DNA of 64,000 bases from Anthoceros angustus (Eukaryota; Plantae; Anthocerotophyta). Positions 1-12,022 of this stretch are shown here, one piece after another. The notes beneath the pieces were generated by a model. That model had not been told where the DNA came from. It searched no databases and saw nothing but the letters and a program-made list of their open reading frames with translations. Each line of letters opens with the position of its first letter. Position 1 is the first letter of the stretch. Where the stretch lies: assembly GCA_010909165.1 (NCBI GenBank), contig VJWM01000044.1, positions 558,001-622,000 of the forward strand. The letters are read 5' to 3'. The translations under genes were made by a program, and so were the position numbers.

Positions 1-658
1 TGCTGCTGCTGCCGCCGCTGCTTCTTCTTCTTCTTTGGCTTTCGCCGCCGCCGCCGCAGCAGCCGCGGCCGCCGCCTGCTCGTTGGTGTTGGACGAGTTG
101 CCGATCTGCTCGAGAGCGTGATCGATGAGGCCGCCGCTGTGGCAAGAGTCGGACACGATGGTGATGGTGGCACCCGGGGGCACCTTGTTCACGATCGCCC
201 TGAAGTCATCATCTGTCGAACACGCACTCCGAGTGAGTGAGAGAGCACCAAAGCGGCAGCTGCTGTCGCCAATGCCAATGGCCCAATTGGCATTCGCAGA
301 CTGTACACAAACCTGACAAGAGATTGAAGTCACAGGGCACGATGCACTCGTCAAAGCCGGTGTCATCCTGCTCTCCGGCCTCAGGCGTGACCCGCGTTCC
401 GTGTCCACTGAACTGGACGAACAAGGAATCCCCGGGCTGCACCCCGTCCACCAGCTGGTCCAGGGCCGCCCGGATGTTGGCCCCGGTGGGGAGCGGGTAA
501 TTGGGGTCATTGTCCACCAGCAAGACGATGTTCTCCGGCGGGAACCCGAACCTCTTAATGAGGACCTCGGCGAATCGCCACACGTCGTTGGTGCAGCCCC
601 GCAGCTCCGACTGCGTGCCGGGGTAGGTGCAGCCGATGAGAACCGCCTTCTTCACCAT
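1..658 (-). CDS. Type II metacaspase, 5' part (runs off the window start); exon 1 658-313, intron 312-213, exon 2 212-<1
   Basis: [14 protein letters not shown]...LRGCTNDV N-terminus with no prodomain. Catalytic His in FSGHG; [13 protein letters not shown]; after a GT..AG intron, DDDFR...[13 protein letters not shown] (catalytic Cys), then a long low-complexity linker typical of type II. Confidence 0.95.
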
Positions 659-1158
659 TTTCGCGCAGCTTCGCACCTGGGCTCACCGATAATCTACGAC
701 AGTGTCCAAGGGCTTTCAAGCTCCAGCACCGCGTTCTGCACGCCCCTTCTTATACAGCGCCATTGGCCCATCCCCTATCTGGCAATGTGCGCGCTGTCCC
801 ACACTACGCGCTCCGCCTTTCTCTCTCTCCCTGCTGGATGCCCTCCCTATCTTTCCCGATTTGGGGACGCGCCGACGTGCAACTTGATGACCCAAATTCC
901 TTGCTTCGACTGCACAGATCGCGCAAGTGGGATGCCAGAACCCTGGCAGCCAGCTGACCAGATACACCTCCAAGTACAGAGATGTGGAACTCCGCGTCCC
1001 CGGCCCTCTAACATTGTTATGCGCACGGGCTTGGAGCTGCAATCCACCATGTAACTATGTCCATACATAGTTACCGCGCCCGTTCCGGCGACCAAGAGCT
1101 CCCCCCATCCTGAATTCCAGAGCATCGTGCTGAGCACTCGAGATTCGAGAAATATCTT

Positions 1159-1243
1159 CTTCCCCGACCGGTGAAAGCTAGAGTAGCTTGTACACACATA
1201 TGTGCAGTCGTTTGTCTACCCCAGCTTTCACCGGTCGGGAAAG
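1159..1243. repeat. ~28-bp inverted repeat (hairpin) upstream of the metacaspase
   Basis: CTTCCCCGACCGGTGAAAGCTAGAGTAG (1159-1186) matches the reverse complement of 1216-1243 (CTTTCCCGACCGGTGAAAGCTGGGGTAG) with about 3 mismatches; loop about 29 nt. Confidence 0.85.
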
Positions 1244-1689
1244 CTGCTAACGACAGGCCGTTCAACTGTAACATGGAAGACTCGGCCATCCAGTACGCAC
1301 AAAAAAGCGACGGAGGCGGCGGAGTTGCGGGAAGGGAATGTGCTGTCACGTGCTGTCGACTGTGATCTGCGGCCAGCCTTTACACATACCCAGCTAAGTA
1401 CACATGTGTGCCCATAAAACCCAGCGAGGTGTATGTTCGACACCATCTGCATTACGATGTGTTTTACAGGAAACATGACAATTCTCAGGGAAAGATATGT
1501 GGCCTTGGTCAAACTATGTACAGATTGCTTTCGGAACTTGAGTTGCTAGAAGAATTAATACAACTCAATGGGTTGCTGAGAGATCACGACAGCGTCACAG
1601 CAACGTGCTTGCGGTCACACGCGTATGCCTGGGCAAGTCAAGAGTCACATGAGATCCGGATGCAAACAAAGGGACATAATAACTGCAAA

Positions 1690-3160
1690 ACCTTTGAAGC
1701 GTACATACAGTGCCCCAGTACCTCCGAGCTAAGACCCTTGACATGGATGTTTGAGAAAAGTTCGGCGGGATGAGGTTCCGGAATTTCCCGAGATGAAACA
1801 AGCACAATACCAAGAATAATCTTAGGAACAGAAGCAAACAACATGCTCAGATAGACCGAGGAACACAAGGATCAAACGTGGGCTCAAACCTTAACTAGAG
1901 CCACTGCACCATCTACCTTCTTCTTCGCTTCCTTCTCAACGTTCTGAGCAACATGCTGAAGAAGAAGTTAGGCTCTAGAAGTGGAAGTGTCACAAGACCA
2001 GCTTGCGAGAAACCCAAACAAGAGAGGATACCTTTATGTCATTCGCTGTGGCGATATCATGGGCCAGCAGTAACTTCCTTGTTCTCTCGGTGGGATCATG
2101 TTCCTGTTCATCCGAGCAAGTAGATAAGATTACTTCAAACCTGCCGGATTCCAGCAATCTCATCTCTTGTTCGGGACGTGCTACCAGGACCTGACATGAG
2201 TGTCCATGGTACCTGTACGTATCCATTTCCAGCACCTGTTTGACCGAACTTGTCAGTTGAGTGAAAGAACGTGATAGCAAATTAATTATGAACTTTGTCA
2301 CAGGATCTGCAGGTTCTTACCAATGGCCCTTTGGTCAATGCATGATTCTTGGAGTATTTCACTGCTTGCTTCACTGCCAGAACATCCATACCATTCACCT
2401 GGGGATCAGTAGGGACAAGGGGGTCGTCAGGTGATCATCTGAAGCAATGAACTAGAGCATGAGACATCATACTTGCTGCATTGGTTAGTGAGATCATCGG
2501 TGTCATTCAGTCACAAGCGCTTGAAAATTTACAGAGACGAAAGCTAACCTTGAGACGAGAGTCACCAGGAGCATACTACTCGGTACTTTTCACTGAGCGC
2601 CAGTCTGCTGTCTCCCTTCCATCTGCACAAAAGAAGGCCAAAATCCCACTCGGATCAGCTACGAACTGTTGACCTATCACGCATCCTAGCTGAGCGAATT
2701 GAGCGAGAGGCGCAGTGCGAACTCACAGTGGTTGTTCTCGCAAACAAACATGACGGGGAAATTCCTCAGAGCCGACATATTCATGACCTCAAACAGCTGA
2801 CCCTGACTGGCAGCCCCGTCCCCATAGAGAGCCAGAGTGACGCGTTCCATCTTGAGATACTTCTGCGCAAAGGCAAGGCCAGCACCCAACGGCCCCTGCC
2901 CGGCGGCGATGCCGTTGCCGCCGTAGGAGCCCCTCTCCATCTTGTAAATGTGCATGGAGCCTCCTTTCCTTTCCCCGAAGAAAAGCCGTCTCTTACCGGC
3001 CCATCAACTCGGCAAAGACATCGAGCTGCGTGCGAGGTCACAGTAGCCAGTGACGATGTTGTAGTTGACGGTGAGCGACGTGCGAAATACGAGAGTAGCT
3101 ATGCAGGTTCACTTGTATCCATGATTGAGAAGCTCGTGGAAATTTTATCCTCTTGAAAGG
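1690..3160 (-). pseudogene. Mitochondrial pyruvate dehydrogenase E1-alpha pseudogene (intron-containing, 5'-truncated)
   Basis: Collinear fragments: (RK)[44 protein letters not shown] (TPP motif, 2955-2720); LEMDTYRYHGHS[frameshift]SGPGST; DPTERTRKLLLAHDIAT; VEKEAKKKVDGAV; PEPHPAELFSNIHVKG. Contains frameshifts, stops and non-conservative substitutions. Confidence 0.85.
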
Positions 3161-3399
3161 GTGCACCAAGTCATGACAAACAAAAAGGTAGGACGGCAGA
3201 TTTTGAGAGCGAATTGAGTCTGAGACTCCCATAACCTTGGCAGTTATAATATTAATGAGTGGTAGCTCTGACCTTTTTTAGAGAAATCGTGGAGTTCCAA
3301 CGTTCCAAACTGGGTCCGTTGTAGCTTGTCATTTCAACTGGTGTATGTGGCACACACGAGCTGAGATAAGAACCTGCAGGCCCATCGGGTAGCAGGTGC

Positions 3400-6300
3400 T
3401 ATTCCCTAAGTAGTTTAGAAGATTTATAAATCTTGTGGATCGGTACGGGGATAGTGTGTTGTCCTCTTGGTAGTGTGAAAATTTTATGAATCGTCCTCAA
3501 ATTGTGGATCGGTACGGGGATAGTGTGTTGTCCTCTTGGTAGTGTGAAAATTTTATGAATCGTCCCAGTATTTGGGCTGCCGACCTCCCTTGTTGATAAT
3601 GATAATAATTTATTGATACGCAGTACAATTTGATGGATGCTAGTGTGCAGCATTTATCGGAAGTCGTTTCACCGAGCTTCAAATGACTAGCATCCCAGGC
3701 TTGGAGTGCCTCAACCAATATCTCTCCAAGTCGTTTGAATGTCAAAAAGACAGTCTCCCTAGAATCCGGTGCTGTTGTTAGCAGAGGACGCGATTGTGAC
3801 CTCAATTTTCAACATAGGTCCTGGGGAGGGACCTAATTTTGGTCAAGTTAGTGTCCAGGCTCCAGCCGAAAGGCAGGGTTTAAGAATAATTAGGTTAGGC
3901 GCCCCTTCAGTGTCCGGTTTGGGCATTGGCAGTGGGGTCAGCTAGGGTTAGCGCCCTAATCGTCACAGCGCAGGTAAACACGAGCGAGGGATCTAGTATC
4001 CCTTCCCGTGTGTGTAGGTAGCTGGCAGTAGGCAGTGATAGAGCCAGCTAAGGGTTGTAATAAAGGAGTGCAAGTATTGAAGAGCTCCAACCCCTGTTCC
4101 TCGCGAGCAGGAAGGAGGAGTTAAGTGTGCCGGAGCGGTTACCCATGGCAAGAGCAATGGAGCCAAGGAAGGGAGGAGCCCGGACTGGCCTTGCTTGTGC
4201 AGACGCGACCGCGGAGGTACTGCGGCAGCCTTGCCTCACCAGAACGTGAAGCCATACACCGAACGGACCGTGGAAGGGAGGAATCGAGTGGAGAGTGACA
4301 AACAGGATCGAAGCGAGCAAGGAAGGGCTAACGGTGCTAGCTGAAGGACGCGAACGAGTCCTTAAACATCTGATAGCACTGGACCTAGCTGGTGAAGTTT
4401 GTTATGGAATACGGTAGAGCATGAGAGAGGAGAAAGTGCACATTAGGAGACTCCGGTGGGGCCACGGACCGATCAGGGGTTGTAACCTTAGGCGGTTAAT
4501 ATAGTGGAAAGTGGTTGACTCACAAGGCACTCCGGTTCGTTGATCGAGTTGAGCTGTCCCCTAGGAACTTCTGACACGAAAGAGCTCTAGAGGCTAGGGA
4601 TCCACGAAATACTCGTTTAGACAGCCTGGGGCTCACGATCTGGTGGCTGGGGTAAGTTCGTTAATATCGATACTGACTGGACAAGATCCACCTAAAGTAG
4701 ATAGGAATAATGAGCTGATGGTGAGGCCGATACATTCCCTTGCGATTGAACCACTTAGTATATGAGACGAGACATAGTGTGCGCTCGATTGGTTTGCCAG
4801 CGAAAGTCCGTCCACAGTGAGGAATTGAATAATTGTCCATCCTTAAATGAGAAGCCTTTCATTGTTTCAGCGCCGGAGAAAATTGACTCTTTCCCTCCCT
4901 CTCGTGCCCCACCACACGCGCCCGCTATGTATTCAAACTAAAGGGTTGTCATATTGCTTATGGCAATTTATAAGTCAATTATTTCTTGGCCAAGGAGCAA
5001 ACTCGAGATTTTTTCTATTAACCTTTAGACTAATGAAGCAACTTGCACACGATACAATTCCCGAAGGACGAGGCTGCGTACATAGCTATATCATGCATGT
5101 ATATGTTAATATGGATGTTAGGGTGGCAGACCCCTTTGCGTTTAGCATTGCTTTTCGTTGCAATGCTTCGTGGATGACCCAATTGAGACCTTAAAGAAAA
5201 ATGACACTTGCTCATTTAGAAGAGAAGACACCTTGATCCCTTGACTATGCACAAGGCTACAAGGGAAACTCCTAACACAATTGAACCTATCTAATTGGAA
5301 TATTGAACAACACGGCATGGGCTAGAAGTCCAGATAAATTAACATCGCGCATTTTCTAAAGCATGTGGGATCCACCACCTAGCCATCCTATATACCCTCC
5401 GTTGCACCATTCGATCCCGGCAAAAACAAAGCACTCACTATTGTAAGCGCCGTGTTCCTCATCTGCTATAAGAATTATAACCCTAGGAGGGATATCGGCT
5501 AAACCTTCAACTAACAAAATGGAGGGTGTTGGGTTAGACTTACATGCGTTATGATCGGCAGAGTGGTTTTACGGCCAGTTTCCATGAGCCTGGCCCTAGG
5601 CCAGATTTGCATAATAGACACAAAGTTGGCGGACCAGGGCCTTGTCGGTCAGCGATTCTAACTCACTCCTTAAATTAAGGAAGAAGGAAGGGAAACGAGG
5701 TATAAGAGGGCGAACAACGCCTCCCTAACCTTGCAGGAGTGTTTAGGGTGGGTAGGGCGTGGCAGGATTGAAAGGAAATTGCGAAGGAACCGCTCTCGAA
5801 TTGCAGGCATAAGTGTAGGAGTCCGTGAAGTACTCTTGAGGAGGGCAACCGCCTTCTTGATTGCCACATGTTGACGGTCTGCACTTGCCCACGATGCCTT
5901 CTTCAGCAGAGATAAGAAGACCATCAACTCTGGGTAGTAGGCTTTTATGTCCACCTTGAAGGCTTTTATGTCCGCCTTGAAGGCTTTTTTCATGAAAGCT
6001 GATCCCGACGCATCTTGCCACACCTTGTGCACTCCGTCCACCTGGCTCCCAAGGGCGTGTGCAATAGTAGCTATGATCATCGGGCATGACACTTGCACGC
6101 CGGTCGCGACGAACATGCTCCTCAGCTCCATCGTGCAGGCCTCAGAAGTCGTCGCGTTGATGAAGTCATCTGCCCTACACCCTTGACCGCCGAAGAAAAA
6201 AAAACTCACCACCTCAAGGGACAGCATGTTCACAATCGGCAGCAACGCCCTCGCGTCCAAACTGTGCACCACTAGCTTGAACCCGTCCCCAACAAGGCCT

Positions 6301-6440
6301 TCAATATGCAAGCACTTTTTAAAAAGGAGCTCCTCGGTTAGCCTTTCTTGCACCATGCTCACCTCCATGCCCAACTGGGTCCCGGTCGAAGCCGTGCAAA
6401 ATGCCGGAAAAACTCGGGATCCCCAATAGTACAAGTCCAA
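3400..6440 (-). pseudogene. Long decayed reading frame of unknown family, probably TE-associated
   Basis: The 256-aa ORF 6440-5670 appears to continue downstream (e.g. RSELESLTDKALVRQLCVYYANLA*GQ, EEHGAYNSECFVFAGIEWCNGGYIGW) through frameshifts and many TAG/TAA/TGA stops. No domain recognised. Confidence 0.35.
3433..3565. repeat. 69-bp tandem duplication (about 2 copies)
   Basis: TTGTGGATCGGTACGGGGATAGTGTGTTGTCCTCTTGGTAGTGTGAAAATTTTATGAATCGTCC at 3433 and 3502. Confidence 0.95.
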
Positions 6441-7424
6441 AGAGTGGTGTATGTGTGGAAACCGTAAGGAAGGAAGATCACCTACTGTGAGAGGGATCTA
6501 GCAACCTTGACCGCCGGAGAAAAAAAACTCACCACCTCAAGGGACGATTTTCACAAGGCTCAGCGTGCACCACTAGCTTGAACCCGTCCCCAACAAGGCC
6601 TTCAATATGCAAGCACTTTTTAAAAAGGAGCTCCTCGGTTAGCCTTTCTTGCACCATGCTTATCTCCATGCCAGGTCCTACCAAGCCGTGCAAAATGCCG
6701 AAAAACTCGGGGTCCCTAACGGTACAAGTCCAAGGAGTGGTGTATGTGTGGAAAAGCGTAAGGAAGGAAGATCACCCTCGAGAGGGATCTAGCAACCTTG
6801 ACCGCGGAGAAAAACTCACCACCTCAAGGGACGATTTTCACAATCGGCGAACGCCTCGCGTCAAAGCATGCACCACTAGCTTGAACCCGTCCCCAACAAG
6901 GCCTTCAATATGCAAGCACTTTTAAAAGGAGCTCCTCGGTTAGCCTTTCTTGCACCATGCTTATCTCCATGCCAGGTCCTACCAAGCCGGGTGCAAAATG
7001 CGAAAAACTCGGGGTCCCTAACGGTACAAGTCCAAGGAGTGGTGTATGTGTGGAAAAGCGTAAGGAAGGAAGATCACCTACTGTGAGAGGGATCTAGCAA
7101 CCTTGACCGCCGGAGAAAAAAAACTCACCACCTCAAGGGACAGCATTTTCACAATCGGCAGCAACGCCCTCGCGTCCAAACTGTGCACCACTAGCTTGAA
7201 CCCGTCCCCAACAAGGCCTTCAATATGCAAGCACTTTTTAAAAAGGAGCTCCTCGGTTAGCCTTTCTTGCACCATGCTTATCTCCATGCCCAGCTGGGGT
7301 CCCGGCCGAAGCCGTGCAAAATGCCGGAAAAACTCGGGGTCCCTAACAGTACAAGTCCAAGGAGTGGTGTATGTGTGGAAACCGTAAGGAAGGAAGATCA
7401 CCTACCGTGGGAGGGATCTAGCAA
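6181..7424. repeat. Tandem array of about four ~290-325 bp units
   Basis: CCTTGACCGC(C)G(A/G)AGAAAAA..CTCACCACCTCAAGGGA starts units at about 6181, 6505, 6797 and 7101; the ORF track repeats LNPSPTRPSICKHF. Confidence 0.92.
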
Positions 7425-7492
7425 CTAACGTAAGGGTTGCAGAAGAAGTACCTCTATTCCTCAACTTTGTAGAGGGACTCAGCAAAGAAGCC

Positions 7493-8540
7493 ATGACTAA
7501 ATCCACAAGCACCAAAGGCAAGGAAGTAGATGCCAAGGCTAATCGTCTGCCTACCAAGGAAAGCGGGGCAGGCAAAGGCAAGAAGTCGGCCTCCAGAAGG
7601 ATGGAAGTTGGACATGCCACAATTCACATGCTTTGCAGGACAATTGTCTTCTAGGGACCTTGCAGACTTTAGGCCCTGGGCAGCGGAAGAAAACATCCAG
7701 ATAGAATGGGTGTATGGCAGGCATTGGGCCTACTCCAACTTGGAGCTAATTGAGGAGTGTTATGCAAGTTTGCACCAGATAAAGAAAGAGTTGGCTGCCT
7801 TATCGGATAGGAATGCCATGACAGACTCAAGATGCTGGACGATGAGAAGCATAAGACAGGTGTATGAAAGACCAGATAGTGAGGATGATGGGATCAATCT
7901 CATGGAGGGGAGCAATGGTGGAAAACGGTCATCCACCACAAATCTACCTAAGGAGGCCTTGACCATCATGCAGGGAGGAATGAAAGCTAAGACCAAGAAC
8001 GACTAGAGGACAGACCAAGTGATAGAGCTTAAGTGGAGATTGTTTGCAAAGATTGTCTTAGGTTCGGTGAATTGCCCACGCACCTCTTACTTTAGCAACA
8101 CATTCTTATACTTCCTGTGGAAAGTGCCTCAAGGACAAAGGCCGGATTGGGGCTTAATCATGTATGAAGCTTACATCCATCATCGGGAGAAATTGCTCAA
8201 GCCCAATGCAGTGGATGAAGGAAGTGCATGGCCGTGCTATCTCAGCACGTATTTGATACACTTGTGGGAGACAGAGGGATTGCTGACCAGTGAAGAATTG
8301 GATGATTCCAGGCACCCTTTTGATATTGTACATTTAAGGCCTGGAGTGGAGCGGCCTTGGCTTAGTGTTTTGCAAAAGAAGGGGGTGACAGCAGGGCCAT
8401 CCGAAGTATTGTTGTTGGAGGGAGTAGCTCCGAGAGAGCCCCAGGAGGAAGATACAAAAATGCCCGAAATTCTAGTCATGGAAGGAAACGAAAATTCTAG
8501 TCATGGAAGGAAACGAGAAGAATATGGCGACCCGAGATGA
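7493..8540 (+). mobile_element. Degenerate accessory ORF of the kind carried by Ty3/Gypsy-related elements of seed-free plants
   Basis: ORFs 7530-8006 and 8019-8540 are one frame split by a single TAG. Motifs WTMRSIRQVY, RPDWGLIMYEAY and CYLSTYLIHLWETEGLLTSEE resemble TE accessory proteins (recognition from memory, not a search); a similar motif occurs at ~50820-50940. Confidence 0.5.
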
Positions 8541-9377
8541 TCGTCACCGTAGCAAGTATGTAGAATGTGGACTCAAAAATAACATATGAAATGAATACCG
8601 ATAATGAATATAGATATTTATACAATAATTCCTAAGTATTAAAAATCAATCATATTTGATAACCTAAAGATGTCGAGTATGGTATGAAGGTGGGCACGCT
8701 TGCCCGGAACCATCTAAACACCCGGGTCGGTGTCGTGCCCGGGCTTTCCGTAGCCGGCCCGTGGTACATGGAAACCGGCCCTAAGAAGAACATGGACGCT
8801 TACGTTTTGGTCATTCTCATTCTGTTTTTATTTTATTTTTTTATTTTCTGTCTCCCAGGACTCGGGCAGGATGACCAAACATGCAGGTCGCAGGGTTTCT
8901 TGAGAGCGACGGTGGCGGCCGAAGGTGGAGCGGACGGGTAACTGCTATGGCATAAGGACATTGGGATGAAGATTTAGCATCTGCCGTACACTACCATCAA
9001 AATATAAAAGTATGTAAAAAAGGCCAAATCAAAGAACTTGATGAGACCTTGCTCCCTTCGATATGCAAAAGGCTACATAGGAAAACTACCAACACAGTTC
9101 CACAATTTCTAACTGAAATATTATACAGTACCATCAAAGTATCAAAATATAAACTTCCACAATGTCTCCATGCTAAAATCACTGGCTTTCTCCGTCTACA
9201 CACTAAGGAGATGAAAGTGGTTGGAGGAAGTAGAAGTCACATAGGAATTGGCCAAATCAAAGAATCCGTTTCGTATCCATCTAGAAAAGAAGTCTGAGAT
9301 ACTACTAGCACAAGTGTACAGATAGACGCGCTTCATGTATTCTTCTGCAAAACTTAGGTGATACAACCGAGCTCCTG

Positions 9378-10934
9378 TCATAAGGTGGTTCCCTGCAGGG
9401 GGCGATGATCCTGGCAGGCACAGTTGTCTGCACCCACCTCCTCAGCAACGCATGACACAATGATGTGACCGTCAGGGAAACACCTAGCTCTGCTCTCAAT
9501 CAGCTCAGCCAGAAACTTATCCAGCTTCTCCACATTCACGTTGGGCATAACTACGGCATGAGCAATTTTCCCTTGGCATGCCAACTGCCATTTCCTCACA
9601 AAGGCCTCATCTTGCGGCCTCTCAAACACAACCGTGTTGCTCAACTCGTTGAGCATAACTCCAACGCCAGCAGCCCGGAGACGGTCCTTGAGATAGTGAG
9701 CATTCCTAAGGCACCGTTGCACCTCCTTCTGAAACCCCTTGTAACCCTTCCGGTTCAAAGTGTACCAGAGGAAGATGGGAGCATGGCCGTTCCTGCTTCC
9801 CATGATTGTGGCATCCCGCGAGGCCAGGTACTCCACATCCCTGGACAGAGCGTTGATGTGCTTCACCCTGGTAATCTGCACACCACAAGGCATAGGACAT
9901 CCCACAAACTTGTGTCCCGACACACTCACGCTCCCAATCGGCTTCTTAAACGACACCTTAGGAGCCTTCCTCACGAAAGGCATCATGAGACCGAACAGAG
10001 CCCCGTCGCAGTGGATGTAAAACCGGTCTTCCGTAAACCCGGCGTCCTTGAGCGTCTGAATGACAAGATCCAAGTCGTCCACGGCTCCCTTCACGGTGGT
10101 CCCGATGTTGACGTTGATGATAGCAGGCCGGTCCTTCCGCGTCTCCAATTGACGGGCAAAGTCCGAACAATCAATCTCCCCCGACACCAGCGTCTTCACC
10201 TTCACGCTCTCCATCCTATACATCCTGGCAGCCTTGAACACAGAATAGTGCGAGTCACTGGACGAGTACAGAATCCCGTCCGGAAACACCTCCCTCCCGA
10301 CAAGGATGCCATGCAGATTCCCCTCCGTCCCGCAGTTGGTGATGTATCCCCAATACTCGTCCTTCTCCAACTCCCACAGCCGCGCAAACCAGTCCAAGAC
10401 CCCAACCTCAAACTGCCGGGAGTGCACCCCGTAGTTGCTCTCAATGAACGGGTCCCCCAGGTTATTGATGGAGAAGTGCTGCAGCTGCGAGAGCGCGCCG
10501 TAGTCGAAATCCAGGTTGTAGGGATATCCAAGATGGTACTTCGTCCTGTCCACCAGAGTCCGCCTATACCGCGCCAGCACCCCGCCATATACACATCCTT
10601 CTCCCCGGTGATCTCATCGTCCAGCTCCGGCTCCGTGATGCTGAAGCAGTCGTGATGCAGATTCCTCCCGAGCACCATCGTCGGCTCGGCCGCGGCCGCA
10701 GCAACCGCAGCCTGCACCGCCGGCGCCAGCTTCCCGTCCTCCTCGTCCGAAGTGCTGTCGGAGCTGGTTCCCCTCGTCCACCGCAGGCGCAGCCACCGTC
10801 CGCCGCAGCAGGGCCAGCGGGATTTCCTCCGGCAAGCTCGCCGCCGCCAGCGTCCCGCCGATCGCCTCTGCGGGATCCTCCGCAAAACCCTTCCCGGTTC
10901 CCGCCACCACCGGCTCCTCCACGGCGCTCACCAT
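9378..10934 (-). CDS. SDC: Serine decarboxylase (group II PLP-dependent, histidine-decarboxylase-like); intronless, with two apparent 1-nt frameshifts (~10770, ~10582)
   Basis: [56 protein letters not shown] (PLP Lys). The N-terminal segments MVSAVEEP... and ..[32 protein letters not shown] lie in other frames, joined at G/C runs. Confidence 0.95.
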
Positions 10935-11947
10935 GATGCCGGCAGACGAGATGGCAGGAGGCGGGAATGAGGAATGCGAGGCCCAAGAAATGTTGCTCCT
11001 TCGTGCTCCCACCAGCCCTTGCCTCCTCCTTATGCCTGACCCCGTGAGGTGGCAGGCCGAGGACGAGCTCCCGCCGCGAATCTGCCCCCTCCACGCAAGC
11101 GCCCTAAACGCGCAGATTCACCGACACGCATACAAGAATCTGAATCCCCTGTCCCGTAAATTAACCAACCAGAGCCTAATCTGCTGGGAGTTAGCGCCCG
11201 TAGATATTTATACAATGCAGGCGATTTATTTCTCATCGCTCTTCACCCCTCCGTTACGCCGATGAACGGGAATGGGAACTGGAACGTGAAGCGTTTACCG
11301 AGAAATGCGACAGGCGGTGTGGGACGTGCAACGGAGGTGAGTGACAGGGCTATGACCTGGAAGACCGGAAGAGGAGAGAAGAAGAAGAATGAATATATTA
11401 TAGTTCGCTTGGACGGAATTTGTGACAATTTGTACCATGGTGTGCTAAGCTACTTGCACTAAGGGCATTCACTTCCTTCATTTATCCCATTTAAGTGTTG
11501 ATCTTCAATCCCGATGTTTGATAATGGCGTTCTTATAAATGTGTATCCATTTGGCTTAATTCATTTAGACACACATTTAGAGACCTCCTGACTCGGTCAT
11601 GGCCCCGTCTGTACATCACAACTGATCTTTGTTCATTGCTCGAATAGGTATGCACAAACAACAAACCGATGGAGTGTGGGTAATTGTAATTAATTTTGCT
11701 ATATGAAGTGTAGATAGTGGCATTTGATCATGGTGTAGGTAATGTATTGCATGTGATTCTACGACTAGGAACCAAATACATCGATCACATTTGATTCTTG
11801 AAAATCGTAGGCAATAGCTTTAGAATGCATAAAGCACTCGGCTTCCATTGTCATTAGCTATAATAACCCAATGGATGCTAAGGGCAGGTGAAGATTTTTT
11901 TTCTCTTTCTTTATACAAAGCCTGCACGTTCTAAGGTGATCGTTCCT

Positions 11948-12022
11948 CCATTTCACTTTGTCAGTAGGATATAAACTACGGCTCCCACCCGAGCGACCCG
12001 GGTTCGAATTGCGGCAGCAGAG
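11948..12022 (+). pseudogene. tRNA-Glu(CTC)-derived pseudogene or SINE-like head
   Basis: CGGCTCCCACCCGAGCGACCCGGGTTCGAATTGCGGCAGCAGAG resembles the 3' half of plant tRNA-Glu (..CGGCTCTCACCCGAGAGACCCGGGTTCGAGTCCCGGCAACGGA), with a B-box-like GGTTCGA. The 5' half and acceptor stem are degraded and the anticodon reads CCC. Confidence 0.6.

Noticed and set aside
6181-7424. CRISPR-like array
   Set aside because: Units are whole ~300-bp tandem copies with no unique spacers; eukaryotic context and no cas genes.
8688-8785. GC-rich CCCGGG/GGCCC motif cluster as a MITE or hAT end
   Set aside because: No partner TIR or TSD could be identified by eye.
9465-10655. 396-aa plus-strand ORF (and 401-1054, 15166-15861, 28074-28787)
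   Set aside because: Antisense shadows of real genes, with no recognisable domains.
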